Below are positions 1 through 8,776 of a stretch of DNA of 46,783 bases, piece by piece. This DNA comes from an uncultured Dehalococcoidales bacterium. Its GTDB lineage: Bacteria; Chloroflexota; Dehalococcoidia; Dehalococcoidales; UBA2162. The stretch is taken from contig CAYXEG010000003.1 in the NCBI GenBank assembly GCA_964463875.1, positions 1-46,783 of the forward strand, written 5' to 3'. The notes under the pieces are model-generated. The model had not been told where the DNA came from. It searched no databases and saw only the letters and a program-made list of their open reading frames with translations. Every line of letters begins with the position of its first letter. Within the stretch, counting starts at the first letter, position 1. The translations under genes and the position numbers were made by a program.

Positions 1-75
1 AAAGTAATCAGTGAAAGACAGACGTTCAACGATACTCACCAGGAACTGACGGCCTTATCAATCCGATGCGGAACA

Positions 76-112
76 CCCTCACCTTCACCTCTCCCGTCAA
101 GGGAGAGGGAAT
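76..112. repeat. REP-like GC hairpin element, copy A
   Basis: Perfect 8-bp stem CCTCTCCC (88-95) / GGGAGAGG (101-108) with 5-nt loop. The 5' flank CCCTCACC..TCTCCCG resembles 21911-21932. The GGGAGA..GAGGGA core resembles 18592-18609. Confidence 0.35.
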
Positions 113-289
113 AGCTGTTCGATGGTATGTGATGTTAATCAAAGATTCCCTGAATTGTACAGCATTTGTGTGTTGTGCCCTGAGCTTGTCTCGTTCATTC
201 CGTTTATCCTGAGCTTGTCGAAGGACGTCCGACCGACTGTCTTCTTGACCTCAATGTTACCGCCGTGTATAGTTTGAGTCAGGTGAGCG

Positions 290-616
290 ATGCACGTCGG
301 CGTGGGAATAATCAGGCTGCGGATTCCGGAGAACGGGTCTCTGAAGGACAAGCGGCATGTCGTGAAATCGATTCTCAGCCAGGTGACGAGCCGCTTCAAG
401 GTTGCCGCCGCCGAAGTGGACGACAACGACTCCTGGCGGCTGGCGACCATCGGTATCTCCTGCATCAGCAACGACCCGCGGCACGCCAACGAAATCATCT
501 CGAAGGTAGCCGGTTTCATCTCCGAGACCCGCTTCGAGGCGGAGATACTGGAGTACCACACCGAAATCATCCCGGTTTTCGATATGGATGACCAGTCCTC
601 CTTCACTTCGGATTAA
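290..616 (+). CDS. DUF503 family protein (YlxP-like)
   Basis: 108-aa ORF. The N-terminus MHVGVGIIRLRIPENGSLKDKRHVVKSI matches the typical DUF503 opening (beta strand followed by SLK-x-KR). Size is typical of this single-domain family. Confidence 0.8.
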   Translation: MHVGVGIIRLRIPENGSLKDKRHVVKSILSQVTSRFKVAAAEVDDNDSWRLATIGISCISNDPRHANEIISKVAGFISETRFEAEILEYHTEIIPVFDMDDQSSFTSD

Positions 617-634
617 CGGCAGGAAAGAGTTCGC

Positions 635-2909
635 TTGGACGCAAAGGCTTTTATCAGGTATCTGCAAAGCCTGCCGGACTACGCCGGCCAGGTGGCTCAC
701 ATCGAGCATATCCCGTCACGGGAGGCGTTTACCGACTACCTCGACGCGCCGCTTTCCCCGGAACTCCAGGCGCGACTCGACAGGAAAGGTTTCACCTCGC
801 TCTATACCCACCAGGCGGAAGCGATTAACCAGTCGCTCAAGGGCAACAACGTGATGGTGGCGACCTCGAGTGCCAGCGGCAAAAGCCTCTGCTACAACGT
901 TTCGGTACTGGAAACGCTGCTCAATTCGGTCGACGGCCGCGCCCTCTACCTTTTCCCGACCAAGGCGCTCGCCCAGGACCAGCTCCGGGTGTTGCGGGAG
1001 ATGTTCACGCCCTCACCGTTCCGGACACTCGAGTTTTCGACCTTCGACGGCGATACCGACTATTCTGAGCGGAACGATATCCGGAAAAGGTCGCGGGTGA
1101 TACTCACCAACCCGGACATGCTCCATGTGGGGATTCTGCCGAACCACAGCTCCTGGACGCGGCTGCTCCGAAATCTCAAGTACGTCGTCATCGATGAAGC
1201 CCACTCCTACCGGGGGGTGTTCGGTTCGCACGTCGCCGGGGTTATCCGCCGCCTTCGCAGGGTATGTCAGTTTTACGGCTCGGAGCCCCGTTTCATTCTC
1301 TGCTCGGCGACCATCGCCAATCCCCGCCAGCACGCCGAAAAACTGACCGGACTGCCCTTCACGGTGGTCGATAACGACGGCGCGCCCCACGGCCCGAAGG
1401 AGTTCGTTTTCTGGAACCCACCGGTCGTCGACGAAAAACGAAACTCCCGCCGCAGCACCAACAGCGAGGCGACCCACCTCTTCACCGAACTGGTCAACCG
1501 GAGCGTGCGCACCCTGACCTTTACCCTGAGCCGGCGGCTGACCGAGCTTATCTACACCTATTCGCGGGACCGGCTGGCGGAAATCAATCCCCCGCTGGCG
1601 CGGCGAATCATGGCTTACCGGGCAGGTTACCTGGCGGAGGACCGGCGGAGAATAGAAAAGCAGCTTTTCGGCGGGCAACTGCTGGGAGCGGTGGCGACGG
1701 TGGCGCTCGAACTGGGGGTGGATATCGGCGACCTCGAAGCGACGGTACTGACCGGCTATCCGGGGAGTATCGCCAGCACCTGGCAGCAGGCGGGCAGGAG
1801 CGGCCGGGGCATGGAAGAATCGATGACCTTCCTGGTGGCGATGGACAATCCAGTATTTCATGAACCACCCGGAGGCGTTTTTCCAGAAGAGCGTGGAAAA
1901 CGCCCTCGTCAACCCGGAGAACCACTACATTCTCCGGGCACACCTGCTCTGCGCCGCCTGGGAACTGCCGCTTACCCGGAGAGATGAGGCATATTTCGGG
2001 CCGACGATGACAACCGGACTGGAGGAGCTTCAAAAAGAAAACCTGCTCCGGGAACGGGTCAGGAAGTGGTACCTGGCGCCGGTTATTTCCTACCCTGCCC
2101 AGGCGATTAACATCCGCTCGACAGGCGGCGAGGACTACGCGGTGATGGACGTCAACACCGCCTCGATACTCGAAACGGTCGATTCGAGTATGGCATTTTT
2201 TCAGATACACCCGGGGGCAGTTTACCTGCACCAGGGAAAACCGTACCTCGTGCAGAAGCTCGACCTCGCCGGGCATACCGCTTACGTTACCGAAACCGAC
2301 CCCGTCTACTATACCCAGACGAAGGAAATTGAGGACCTCAGGATAAAGAAGACCCTGAAAAGCCGGGATGCCGGGACCGTCAAAGTCTACCTGGGAGAGG
2401 TGCAGGTGACGAATAACGTGGTCGGCTTCAAGAAGAAGATGCACTTCACCGAAGAAGTCATCGGTGAGGAACCGCTCGATTTACCGCCGATTGAGTTTCC
2501 GACGGTCTCGTTCTGGTTCGACCTGCCGATAGACACCGTATTGAAAATCAACGAATCGCAAATGGATTTTGCCGGAGGTTTGCACGCCACCGAACACGCG
2601 GCGATTGCCATGCTGCCCCTGTTCACCCTCTGCGACCGGAACGATATCGGCGGCGTCTCCACCACCCTCCACCCCGATACCGGGCGGGCGCAGGTGTTCA
2701 TCTACGACGCCTATCCGGGGGGAATCGGCATCGCCGAAAAAGGCTTCGAGATAGTCGAAGAGTTATGGCGGGCGACGCTCCGGGTCGTTACGGAATGCCC
2801 CTGCGAAAGCGGCTGCCCGAGCTGCATACAATCGCCGAAGTGCGGCAACAACAACAAGCCCCTCGATAAACAGGCGGCGATAGAACTCCTCACCGGCCTG
2901 CTTGGCTGA
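635..2909 (+). pseudogene. DEAD/DEAH-box helicase with C-terminal DUF1998 zinc-finger domain (MrfA/YprA-like), interrupted by a frameshift near 1848-1856 (true pseudogene, split gene, or assembly error)
   Basis: TTG start at 635. Helicase motifs seen: TSSASGKS (I), VIDEAHSY (II, DEAH), CSATIAN (III), QQAGRSGRG (VI). The C-terminal ORF (1860-2909) ends with the 4-Cys signature CPCESGCPSCIQSPKCGNNNKPLDK typical of DUF1998. The 635 frame reads ..LVAMDNP and then a nonsense tail to 1987. The frame shifted by +1 reads ..QYFMNHPEAFFQKS.. from about 1851. Confidence 0.8.
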
Positions 2910-2961
2910 ATTTTACCTTTTGAAAAAATTTTTTCTTTCTCCTGCTATCTTTTTGTTCTTT

Positions 2962-2990
2962 TTGACGTTATATAGTAATAGGTCTATAGT
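2962..2990 (+). promoter_or_regulatory. sigma70-like promoter candidate (TTGACG-17 nt-TATAGT) upstream of the lipoprotein cluster
   Basis: TTGACG at 2962-2967, 17-nt spacer, TATAGT at 2985-2990, in an AT-rich intergenic region. Confidence 0.4.
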
Positions 2991-2996
2991 TGATAT

Positions 2997-3358
2997 ACGA
3001 ATCAGAGATATTTCTTACCGGATGGAAAGAAAAAAGTGTGATGCTTTTCTGGATTTTTCGTATATAGATAAGAGAGGTTTTCGGTGAGACTTCCGGGCCT
3101 GTATTTTTACAGGCAAGCTGCCAGGTTTCACCGGGAACCGGCGAAAAAAGTAACGGGTAGTTGGTAATGAGTAGTCAGAGGGACGGGTTTCCGACTTTAT
3201 TAAAGGGATGATTTTACTTTAACAGCAGACAAAGTGTTTCATTGGTGGATTACGTTCGCAGGGCGAACTCCATCCACCCTACTCGGGGGAAAGGCGATAA
3301 TCTAAAATTTCTGAATCCCGGATCATTCAGTAAGCATTTATGTTAATCAGGAGGTAAG
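2997..3358 (+). promoter_or_regulatory. long (about 360 nt) structured 5' leader or possible ncRNA preceding the first cluster gene
   Basis: Stem 3082-3090/3125-3133 (one G-U pair) encloses hairpin GCCTGT/ACAGGC (3097-3114). A two-tier hairpin spans 3244-3278 (GGTGGAT/ATCCACC outer, GTTCGC/GCGAAC inner). Hairpin CTGAAT/ATTCAG lies at 3311-3330. AGGAGG RBS at 3349-3354. I did not recognise a known riboswitch. Confidence 0.3.
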
Positions 3359-3967
3359 ATGGACAGGAAAATGTGGGTCTACGCGGGGTTAATCCTGGTC
3401 GTTGCGGTGGCGATGGGAATCGGCATCTGGCAGGTCACGTCGCCGAAAAATCCGGTGACAATTCCGGAGAGCGAGCCGATAGTGCAGATGGATGTCAGCT
3501 TCCCCGAAGGAGGCACGCTCAGCCAGCTATCCATTTACGAAGACGGAACGGTCATTCACATCGAAGACTCGGCTGCGGTAGCAGCGCTCAAACCGGGAGA
3601 TGCATTTACCCGAACGTGGCGGACGGGAAAAGCGAAGACAGGAGATATCGATTACCTGTTCAGCTATCTGGAATCGGTTGACTTTAATGATATCGAGACT
3701 ACCTATATATCGGAAAGCTTATCGGAACGTGTCCTGGCTGAAACTGCGGACAATGTCACGGAAATATCCCTGGAGACCGATAATTACATCAGAATATCCG
3801 CCGATAACGGTCCTGTGGATAACGTGGTAGCCGCCTTCGGGTATCTGCAACCGGGTACCGGTGCGATATCCGAACTGCCCTACCCGCTCAACAATATCTA
3901 TGCCGAACTGGCTGAAATCATCGAAAACAGCACCGAGAAAGTCCTGACGGAAGAGCTGACGAAATAA
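3359..3967 (+). CDS. membrane-anchored hypothetical protein (family A domain)
   Basis: AGGAGG lies 4 nt upstream of the ATG. N-terminal TM helix VYAGLILVVAVAMGIGIW. The body shares a domain with the C-terminal half of the next gene (QMDVSFPEGGTLSQLSIYEDGTVIHIED versus VMQLSYMMQGSQQEIRVFKDGSVLHILE). Confidence 0.7.
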   Translation: MDRKMWVYAGLILVVAVAMGIGIWQVTSPKNPVTIPESEPIVQMDVSFPEGGTLSQLSIYEDGTVIHIEDSAAVAALKPGDAFTRTWRTGKAKTGDIDYLFSYLESVDFNDIETTYISESLSERVLAETADNVTEISLETDNYIRISADNGPVDNVVAAFGYLQPGTGAISELPYPLNNIYAELAEIIENSTEKVLTEELTK

Positions 3968-3985
3968 ACAACTATCTGTATTGCC

Positions 3986-5062
3986 ATGAAAAAGATACTC
4001 GTTATACTCCTCATACTGCTACTTTCAGCAGCAATAATGCTGCCGGTAACCGGTTGTTCGCGGGAAACCGACCGGCCGGACTTCGGCGGTTATACGCCCG
4101 GCATCATTTATGTCGATTACGTTCACGGATACGAAAGCCTCGCTGAACTGGCAGTCGACGCCGACCTGATAGTTGCCGGAACAATCGACCGGACTCTCGA
4201 AACGGTACCGGACGAGGCCACGAAAGACAAGCAAGACCCGAGGTCCTGGATGTGGCAGACGCGGTCGGCCTTCAAGGTGGAGAAATCGGTCAAAGGGGAC
4301 TGCCCGGAAGAAATCATCGTCTCGCAGGAGGGAGCCGTCGGCTGGGCGCAGGAAGAAGGAAATCCGGTATTCCAGCCGGGCGAAGGGTGCTTCCTTTTCC
4401 TGAAGAAAGGTGAGAACGATATCTATTGGCTCCTCCATCCGGACGGACGGTTCAGGATAGAGGATAATTCCGTCTATTCGCTCAATTTCGTGCTGCAGAC
4501 CGGCGAAGCCCGGCCGCCCCTGGACCTCCGGTTCTGGAACATCAATACAGATAAGTTTTGCTCTAAAGTCATTGAAGCTATCAAGGAAGAATTAATCATC
4601 CCGAATGAAGAGCCGGTTATCGTCATGCAACTTTCGTACATGATGCAGGGAAGCCAGCAGGAAATTCGGGTATTTAAAGACGGCAGTGTTCTGCACATTC
4701 TGGAAAAAGGGTTACGATTCCCCTCTCCGGGACATCCGGCTGTCAGAATATGGAAGACCGGGAACATTTCTCCGGAGGGTTACGGAGAGGTACGAAGCTT
4801 CATCGACTCGGCTGGTTTCCTTGCACTCGATGAGCATTACCAGGTTCCCGGAACAGAACAGGTAACCAGCGATCTGCATTTCACCATCTCCGTCAAAGGC
4901 GAAAGTACCGGTAAGACAGTTACGGCTTCAGGTTATTTCACTCCGGATACCGATTATCGGATGAACCTTTTACCTCCGCCGCTCGACGAGATATACTTGA
5001 AACTCATCGGGATAGCCGAAAACGAGACGAAAGAACTGTATCGTGAGCAAATATCCGGGTAA
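3986..5062 (+). CDS. putative lipoprotein (family A domain in C-terminal half)
   Basis: Signal peptide MKKILVILLILLLSAAIMLPVTGC with a lipobox-like VTGC. The C-terminal half is homologous to the 3359-3967 product. Confidence 0.7.
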   Translation: MKKILVILLILLLSAAIMLPVTGCSRETDRPDFGGYTPGIIYVDYVHGYESLAELAVDADLIVAGTIDRTLETVPDEATKDKQDPRSWMWQTRSAFKVEKSVKGDCPEEIIVSQEGAVGWAQEEGNPVFQPGEGCFLFLKKGENDIYWLLHPDGRFRIEDNSVYSLNFVLQTGEARPPLDLRFWNINTDKFCSKVIEAIKEELIIPNEEPVIVMQLSYMMQGSQQEIRVFKDGSVLHILEKGLRFPSPGHPAVRIWKTGNISPEGYGEVRSFIDSAGFLALDEHYQVPGTEQVTSDLHFTISVKGESTGKTVTASGYFTPDTDYRMNLLPPPLDEIYLKLIGIAENETKELYREQISG

Positions 5063-5065
5063 CGA

Positions 5066-6928
5066 ATGGATTATCAACAAAAAACAATAAAGAAAAGAAG
5101 ATGGCGGCTAACGCTGATGGTGATACCGTTAGTTGTTACTTTATCGTTTTTCACCTCTTGTAAACCGGGCATGGCCGAACTCCAGGAAATTGAGAAAGAA
5201 ACAATCGAACTGATGGAGAGCCTTAGGCAACCGTATGAAACCGAAATAAACAGCTACTCCGGCAAGGTTGAGGTATACGTTCCTGACGTATACAGGCTCG
5301 GGAAAGCTCTCGACGAGGCGGGAAAAAGGTTGCCGGAAAAGGTGACGGCAATCGAACGCATCCCGCCGCCGGAGGGGTTGAATCCGGACCCGTCCGTTCA
5401 CTTCCCGCAATTCATCGTCCGCCCGGTAACGTACATGACGGCCGATTTCACCGGCAATCTCGAACTGAAGAACGGCTATCTCTATGCGGGAGAGCACATC
5501 ATCATCTGGCTTCCCGGCTATTTCGTTCACAACAATAACGGAACAATCGAGGTATGGGACAGGGACGGAACCGTCGTCGGCCGGGTCGGCGAACCGATAT
5601 CGATGGGCGGCGGCATATCCGAACTCGGTAACTACATTCTCCTTCTGAAAGAACCCCTTTCGCCGGAAGCTGACGGCCCGTTCTGGTTTCAGGCAGGGGC
5701 CCGAATGAGCCTGAACTTTGAATCAGACTATTTCAACCTGGAAATAATCGACTATAACAATCAGAGCTACTCCTTCGTCACAATGAAGAAACCGCTGGAA
5801 GAAACGGGAGGAAGGCATTACCCTGTTGCAGGTACCCTGGCTGCCGGCGGACAATACGGTTGCCGGTGTGCCTGCATTGTTGTTTTCGACGAATCCGATT
5901 CGACAACGATTATCGGACAGTACACTCCCCTCTGGCCGTCCGATTTCACCGCCCGGGTTGAAAACGGAGTACTGCAAATTATGGATGGAAACGGGGTTGT
6001 CGTGGCGAGAGACGGGGAAGAGATAACCGTCGAAGCCATAAAAGTAACGAATAATTACAACGAACTCTTCACCCGACTCCGCAACGAGATGCCGGGCGAA
6101 TGCTTTTACACGAATCTGCTGGTAGAAAGGGTGATACAAGGAGAAGCAGGAAAAAGACTCTCTGAGGAATCCACCCCGGTCACCTTCGATGAAACCGGAA
6201 GACAGACCCCGGAAGAAATCCTGTCCGGGTTACCGGTGTATCCCGGTTCGGTGCCTGTAGAAAATCCTCCGCCGGAAGAAAACCCGTCAGAACCAGCGGC
6301 GTCATCGAACGAAACGGTGCGATACCGTACCGCTTCGGCGAAATACGAGGTCGATGCCGATTTAGATGACCTCATCGACTGGTACGAAGGGTATTTCAAA
6401 GAATCCGGATTTCATTTTAAGACGGGTTTTACTACCGGAAAATCCTTCGGTGAAGTAACCGGCCGGGGATTGACCTACTGGCTGCCCGCGCAACCGGCTG
6501 TAAGCGTGGAGGTCACCGCCCGCCCGAAGGATGACCCGTCGTCATCGGTGTACGAACTGCTGGTCTCAGAAGACCTTCGCATTGCCCGGCCGTATGATGA
6601 AAATTTGATTCCTTCGGATATCGAACGAATCGATATCGAGTACCGGGGATGGGAGCCGGTAACGGTAACCGGGGAGGCGGATATCGAAGCGCTGACCGGA
6701 CTGGTCAACACCCTGCCGCTCGACCCCGAATACGCGCGATTCGGACCGCTGCCCGAACCCGACATTATAGAATTTTCGCTGGCGTTCCATTCCGCGTCAC
6801 AGGGTACGATTACGCTTTTCGAACGCAACAATCAAGTATACATCGAAGGGCATCCCGTTCTGTGGGACACGCACGCCCTTCTGATGAGAAAAGTAAGAGA
6901 GATTGGACAAATCGAGGAAACACCATGA
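5066..6928 (+). CDS. putative lipoprotein, 620 aa (family B domains plus GLPVYP module)
   Basis: Signal/anchor RWRLTLMVIPLVVTLSFFTSC. Two segments are clearly homologous to the 7252-8685 product. A C-terminal module is shared with the 18665-20140 product. Confidence 0.75.
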   Translation: MDYQQKTIKKRRWRLTLMVIPLVVTLSFFTSCKPGMAELQEIEKETIELMESLRQPYETEINSYSGKVEVYVPDVYRLGKALDEAGKRLPEKVTAIERIPPPEGLNPDPSVHFPQFIVRPVTYMTADFTGNLELKNGYLYAGEHIIIWLPGYFVHNNNGTIEVWDRDGTVVGRVGEPISMGGGISELGNYILLLKEPLSPEADGPFWFQAGARMSLNFESDYFNLEIIDYNNQSYSFVTMKKPLEETGGRHYPVAGTLAAGGQYGCRCACIVVFDESDSTTIIGQYTPLWPSDFTARVENGVLQIMDGNGVVVARDGEEITVEAIKVTNNYNELFTRLRNEMPGECFYTNLLVERVIQGEAGKRLSEESTPVTFDETGRQTPEEILSGLPVYPGSVPVENPPPEENPSEPAASSNETVRYRTASAKYEVDADLDDLIDWYEGYFKESGFHFKTGFTTGKSFGEVTGRGLTYWLPAQPAVSVEVTARPKDDPSSSVYELLVSEDLRIARPYDENLIPSDIERIDIEYRGWEPVTVTGEADIEALTGLVNTLPLDPEYARFGPLPEPDIIEFSLAFHSASQGTITLFERNNQVYIEGHPVLWDTHALLMRKVREIGQIEETP

Positions 6929-7245
6929 ACGAACAGAACAACAAACAAGACAAACGCCTGACGGCAATCACGGTAACCGGACTGATACTGGTTTTCGCGC
7001 CGGTCAGTTCGGTGATAATCACGCTGATGTACTCGTTTTTCAGAAACATCGAGAAGCGGGTACAACCGGCAATCGGCCTTACCTCGGATATCGTTATTCA
7101 CAGCGGCATCGAGGCCGACACCTTTTTCACGGCGGCGGCGATTACCTTCGCCCTCGGGCTTATTGTTCTCTCATGGGTTGTTTTCAGGAAAGTCGCTGGA
7201 AAAGCGCATGATGAACAGGCAGCTCTACCTCCGGAAAGGGAGTGA
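6925..7245 (+). CDS. small membrane protein (2 predicted TM helices), 106 aa
   Basis: The ATG at 6925 overlaps the upstream TGA stop (ATGA coupling). Hydrophobic stretches ITVTGLILVFAPVSSVIITLMY and FFTAAAITFALGLIVLSWVVF. Confidence 0.55.
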   Translation: MNEQNNKQDKRLTAITVTGLILVFAPVSSVIITLMYSFFRNIEKRVQPAIGLTSDIVIHSGIEADTFFTAAAITFALGLIVLSWVVFRKVAGKAHDEQAALPPERE

Positions 7246-7251
7246 CGAACG

Positions 7252-8685
7252 ATGAAAAAAACTGCCATACTCTGGTTGCTGGCAACCCTGCTGACAGTAA
7301 CGGGTTCCTGCGCTCCTTCAATCAGTGAAACAGCCCCGCAAACCGGCTCCGCAAGCCCGCCTCCTGCAGAAAAGAATATGCAGGAACAGATGAACGAACT
7401 GGCAGAGAAGTACCGGGACGACCCGGAGAAGTTCGACGCGGCAGTCTACGCCCTTCATGAAGGCGTAACGGTCGAAGAAGCGGTACGAAGGTTCGAACTT
7501 TCAAATGACGCCGGTTCTCTCAAGGCGGTCATTGTCGAGAACGAAGAAACCTACGCCGGGAGCTGGATACAGCACCAGCCTGAGTATAAGTTTGTCTTTG
7601 CCTTCACTGAAAACGGCGAGGAGATAATCAGGAAGTACGTAAAAGAAGACTCTCCGCTCGCCGGGCTTATCGAGCTCCGCATCTTCGATACCAGCTACCG
7701 CGAACTCAAACAAGCCCAGGAGGAGACGATGCAACTTCTCAAAGACGTGAACCTCGATTTTTTCTGCCCTACCAGTATCGATATCAAAGAAAACACTGCG
7801 ATAGTCTACGTGAGCGACATCAAACTGTTCAACGAGATACTGAACAAGGCTGTAATTGAGCTCCCACCCCATGTCACCCCGGAAATTACTTACGAGCCTC
7901 TTGAAGAAGTCCCCTTTGACGTAACTCCGCCAGAGAAGACCGTTTACTTTCCGCAATTAATAATGCGCGGCGGGACTGCATTAAGCAGTTGTGCCAGAGA
8001 GCTTGTCCTCAAGGATGGTTACCTGCGCTTCGATGATGCCATAATTATCTGGCAGCCGGACTATTTTCTGAACGACGATAATGGGACTATCGAAGTGATT
8101 GACCGGGAGGGTAAGGTGGTGGCGCAGGAAGGTAAAGAGGTTTACATGACCTGCGGGGGACTGGCAACAGTCGAAGAAGTAAACAAATACCTGAAGGATT
8201 CGCTGCCGGACGACTTCGAAAGCCCTTTTATTATACAGGGCCACGGGACCAGGCTGAACCTGAATTTTTCATCCGAGCTCTTCAGTATCGAAATCACTCC
8301 TTATCAGGGACATGATTTCTATACATTCCATAAAAGGCCGCTGATCGATGAAAAGACCGGCCGCAGTGAGCTACTCACCGGGAAACTGCAAGCTAATTAC
8401 AGCGAGCAACATTTCATGAGGTATCCGGTTTTCATCGTTGACATGGACGGCTATGGAATGGAGTGTGCTGTCATCTGGCCGGCAGAGTATGAAGCGCGGA
8501 TACAGGACGGCACGTTCGAAATTGCAGATAAATCAGGGGCCGTTCTTGTCAAAAACGGACAAACGATTACGATTGAAGGCGAGGTTTTTCCTGGCATCAA
8601 CTCTCCGCTCGCCAGCCGCCTGTATGAAGAGCTACCCGACGGGTGCAAACAGCCTTACCTGGTTATTAAGAGGGTATTGAAGTGA
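7252..8685 (+). CDS. putative lipoprotein, 477 aa (family B)
   Basis: Signal MKKTAILWLLATLLTVTGSC. YFPQLIMRGG..LVLKDGYLRFDDAIIIWQPDYFLNDDNGTIEVIDREGKVV aligns with HFPQFIVRPV..LELKNGYLYAGEHIIIWLPGYFVHNNNGTIEVWDRDGTVV of the 5066 product. A second homologous block follows. Confidence 0.75.
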   Translation: MKKTAILWLLATLLTVTGSCAPSISETAPQTGSASPPPAEKNMQEQMNELAEKYRDDPEKFDAAVYALHEGVTVEEAVRRFELSNDAGSLKAVIVENEETYAGSWIQHQPEYKFVFAFTENGEEIIRKYVKEDSPLAGLIELRIFDTSYRELKQAQEETMQLLKDVNLDFFCPTSIDIKENTAIVYVSDIKLFNEILNKAVIELPPHVTPEITYEPLEEVPFDVTPPEKTVYFPQLIMRGGTALSSCARELVLKDGYLRFDDAIIIWQPDYFLNDDNGTIEVIDREGKVVAQEGKEVYMTCGGLATVEEVNKYLKDSLPDDFESPFIIQGHGTRLNLNFSSELFSIEITPYQGHDFYTFHKRPLIDEKTGRSELLTGKLQANYSEQHFMRYPVFIVDMDGYGMECAVIWPAEYEARIQDGTFEIADKSGAVLVKNGQTITIEGEVFPGINSPLASRLYEELPDGCKQPYLVIKRVLK

Positions 8686-8722
8686 AAGAACTGATTCAAA
8701 ACAAATAATGCCGGAGGGATAA

Positions 8723-8776
8723 ATGGAATACAGAAAAATGAAAAAACGCGCTCGTGCATCGAGAGGTCGTTCATGA
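8723..8776 (+). CDS. possible 17-aa basic upstream ORF (MEYRKMKKRARASRGRS)
   Basis: GGAGGG lies 5 nt upstream of the ATG at 8723. Its TGA overlaps the ATG of the 8773 gene (ATGA). It shares RKMKK and the nucleotides GAAAATGAAAAA with a second mini-ORF at 12010. It may be non-functional. Confidence 0.2.
   Translation: MEYRKMKKRARASRGRS

Noticed and set aside
139-709. Long antisense or alternative-frame ORFs overlapping confidently called genes (for example 139-709 minus, 1013-2444 minus, 27261-28103 plus, 31054-31788 minus, 32507-33364 plus, 38778-39992 plus, 40641-41336 minus)
   Set aside because: Each lies opposite or out of frame to a gene with clear family motifs. Their products are Arg/Pro/Gly-rich low-complexity sequence, as expected for shadow ORFs in GC-rich DNA.
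635-2909. DISARM-like defence module (helicase + DUF1998)
   Set aside because: There is no adjacent PLD-domain protein, methyltransferase or other defence gene. The architecture is the common fused YprA/MrfA-type helicase, next to a DUF503 gene.
2902-3087. 61-aa ORF in the AT-rich region after the helicase gene
   Set aside because: There is no RBS. It overlaps the promoter candidate, and its Phe/Leu/Ile-rich composition reflects AT-rich non-coding DNA.
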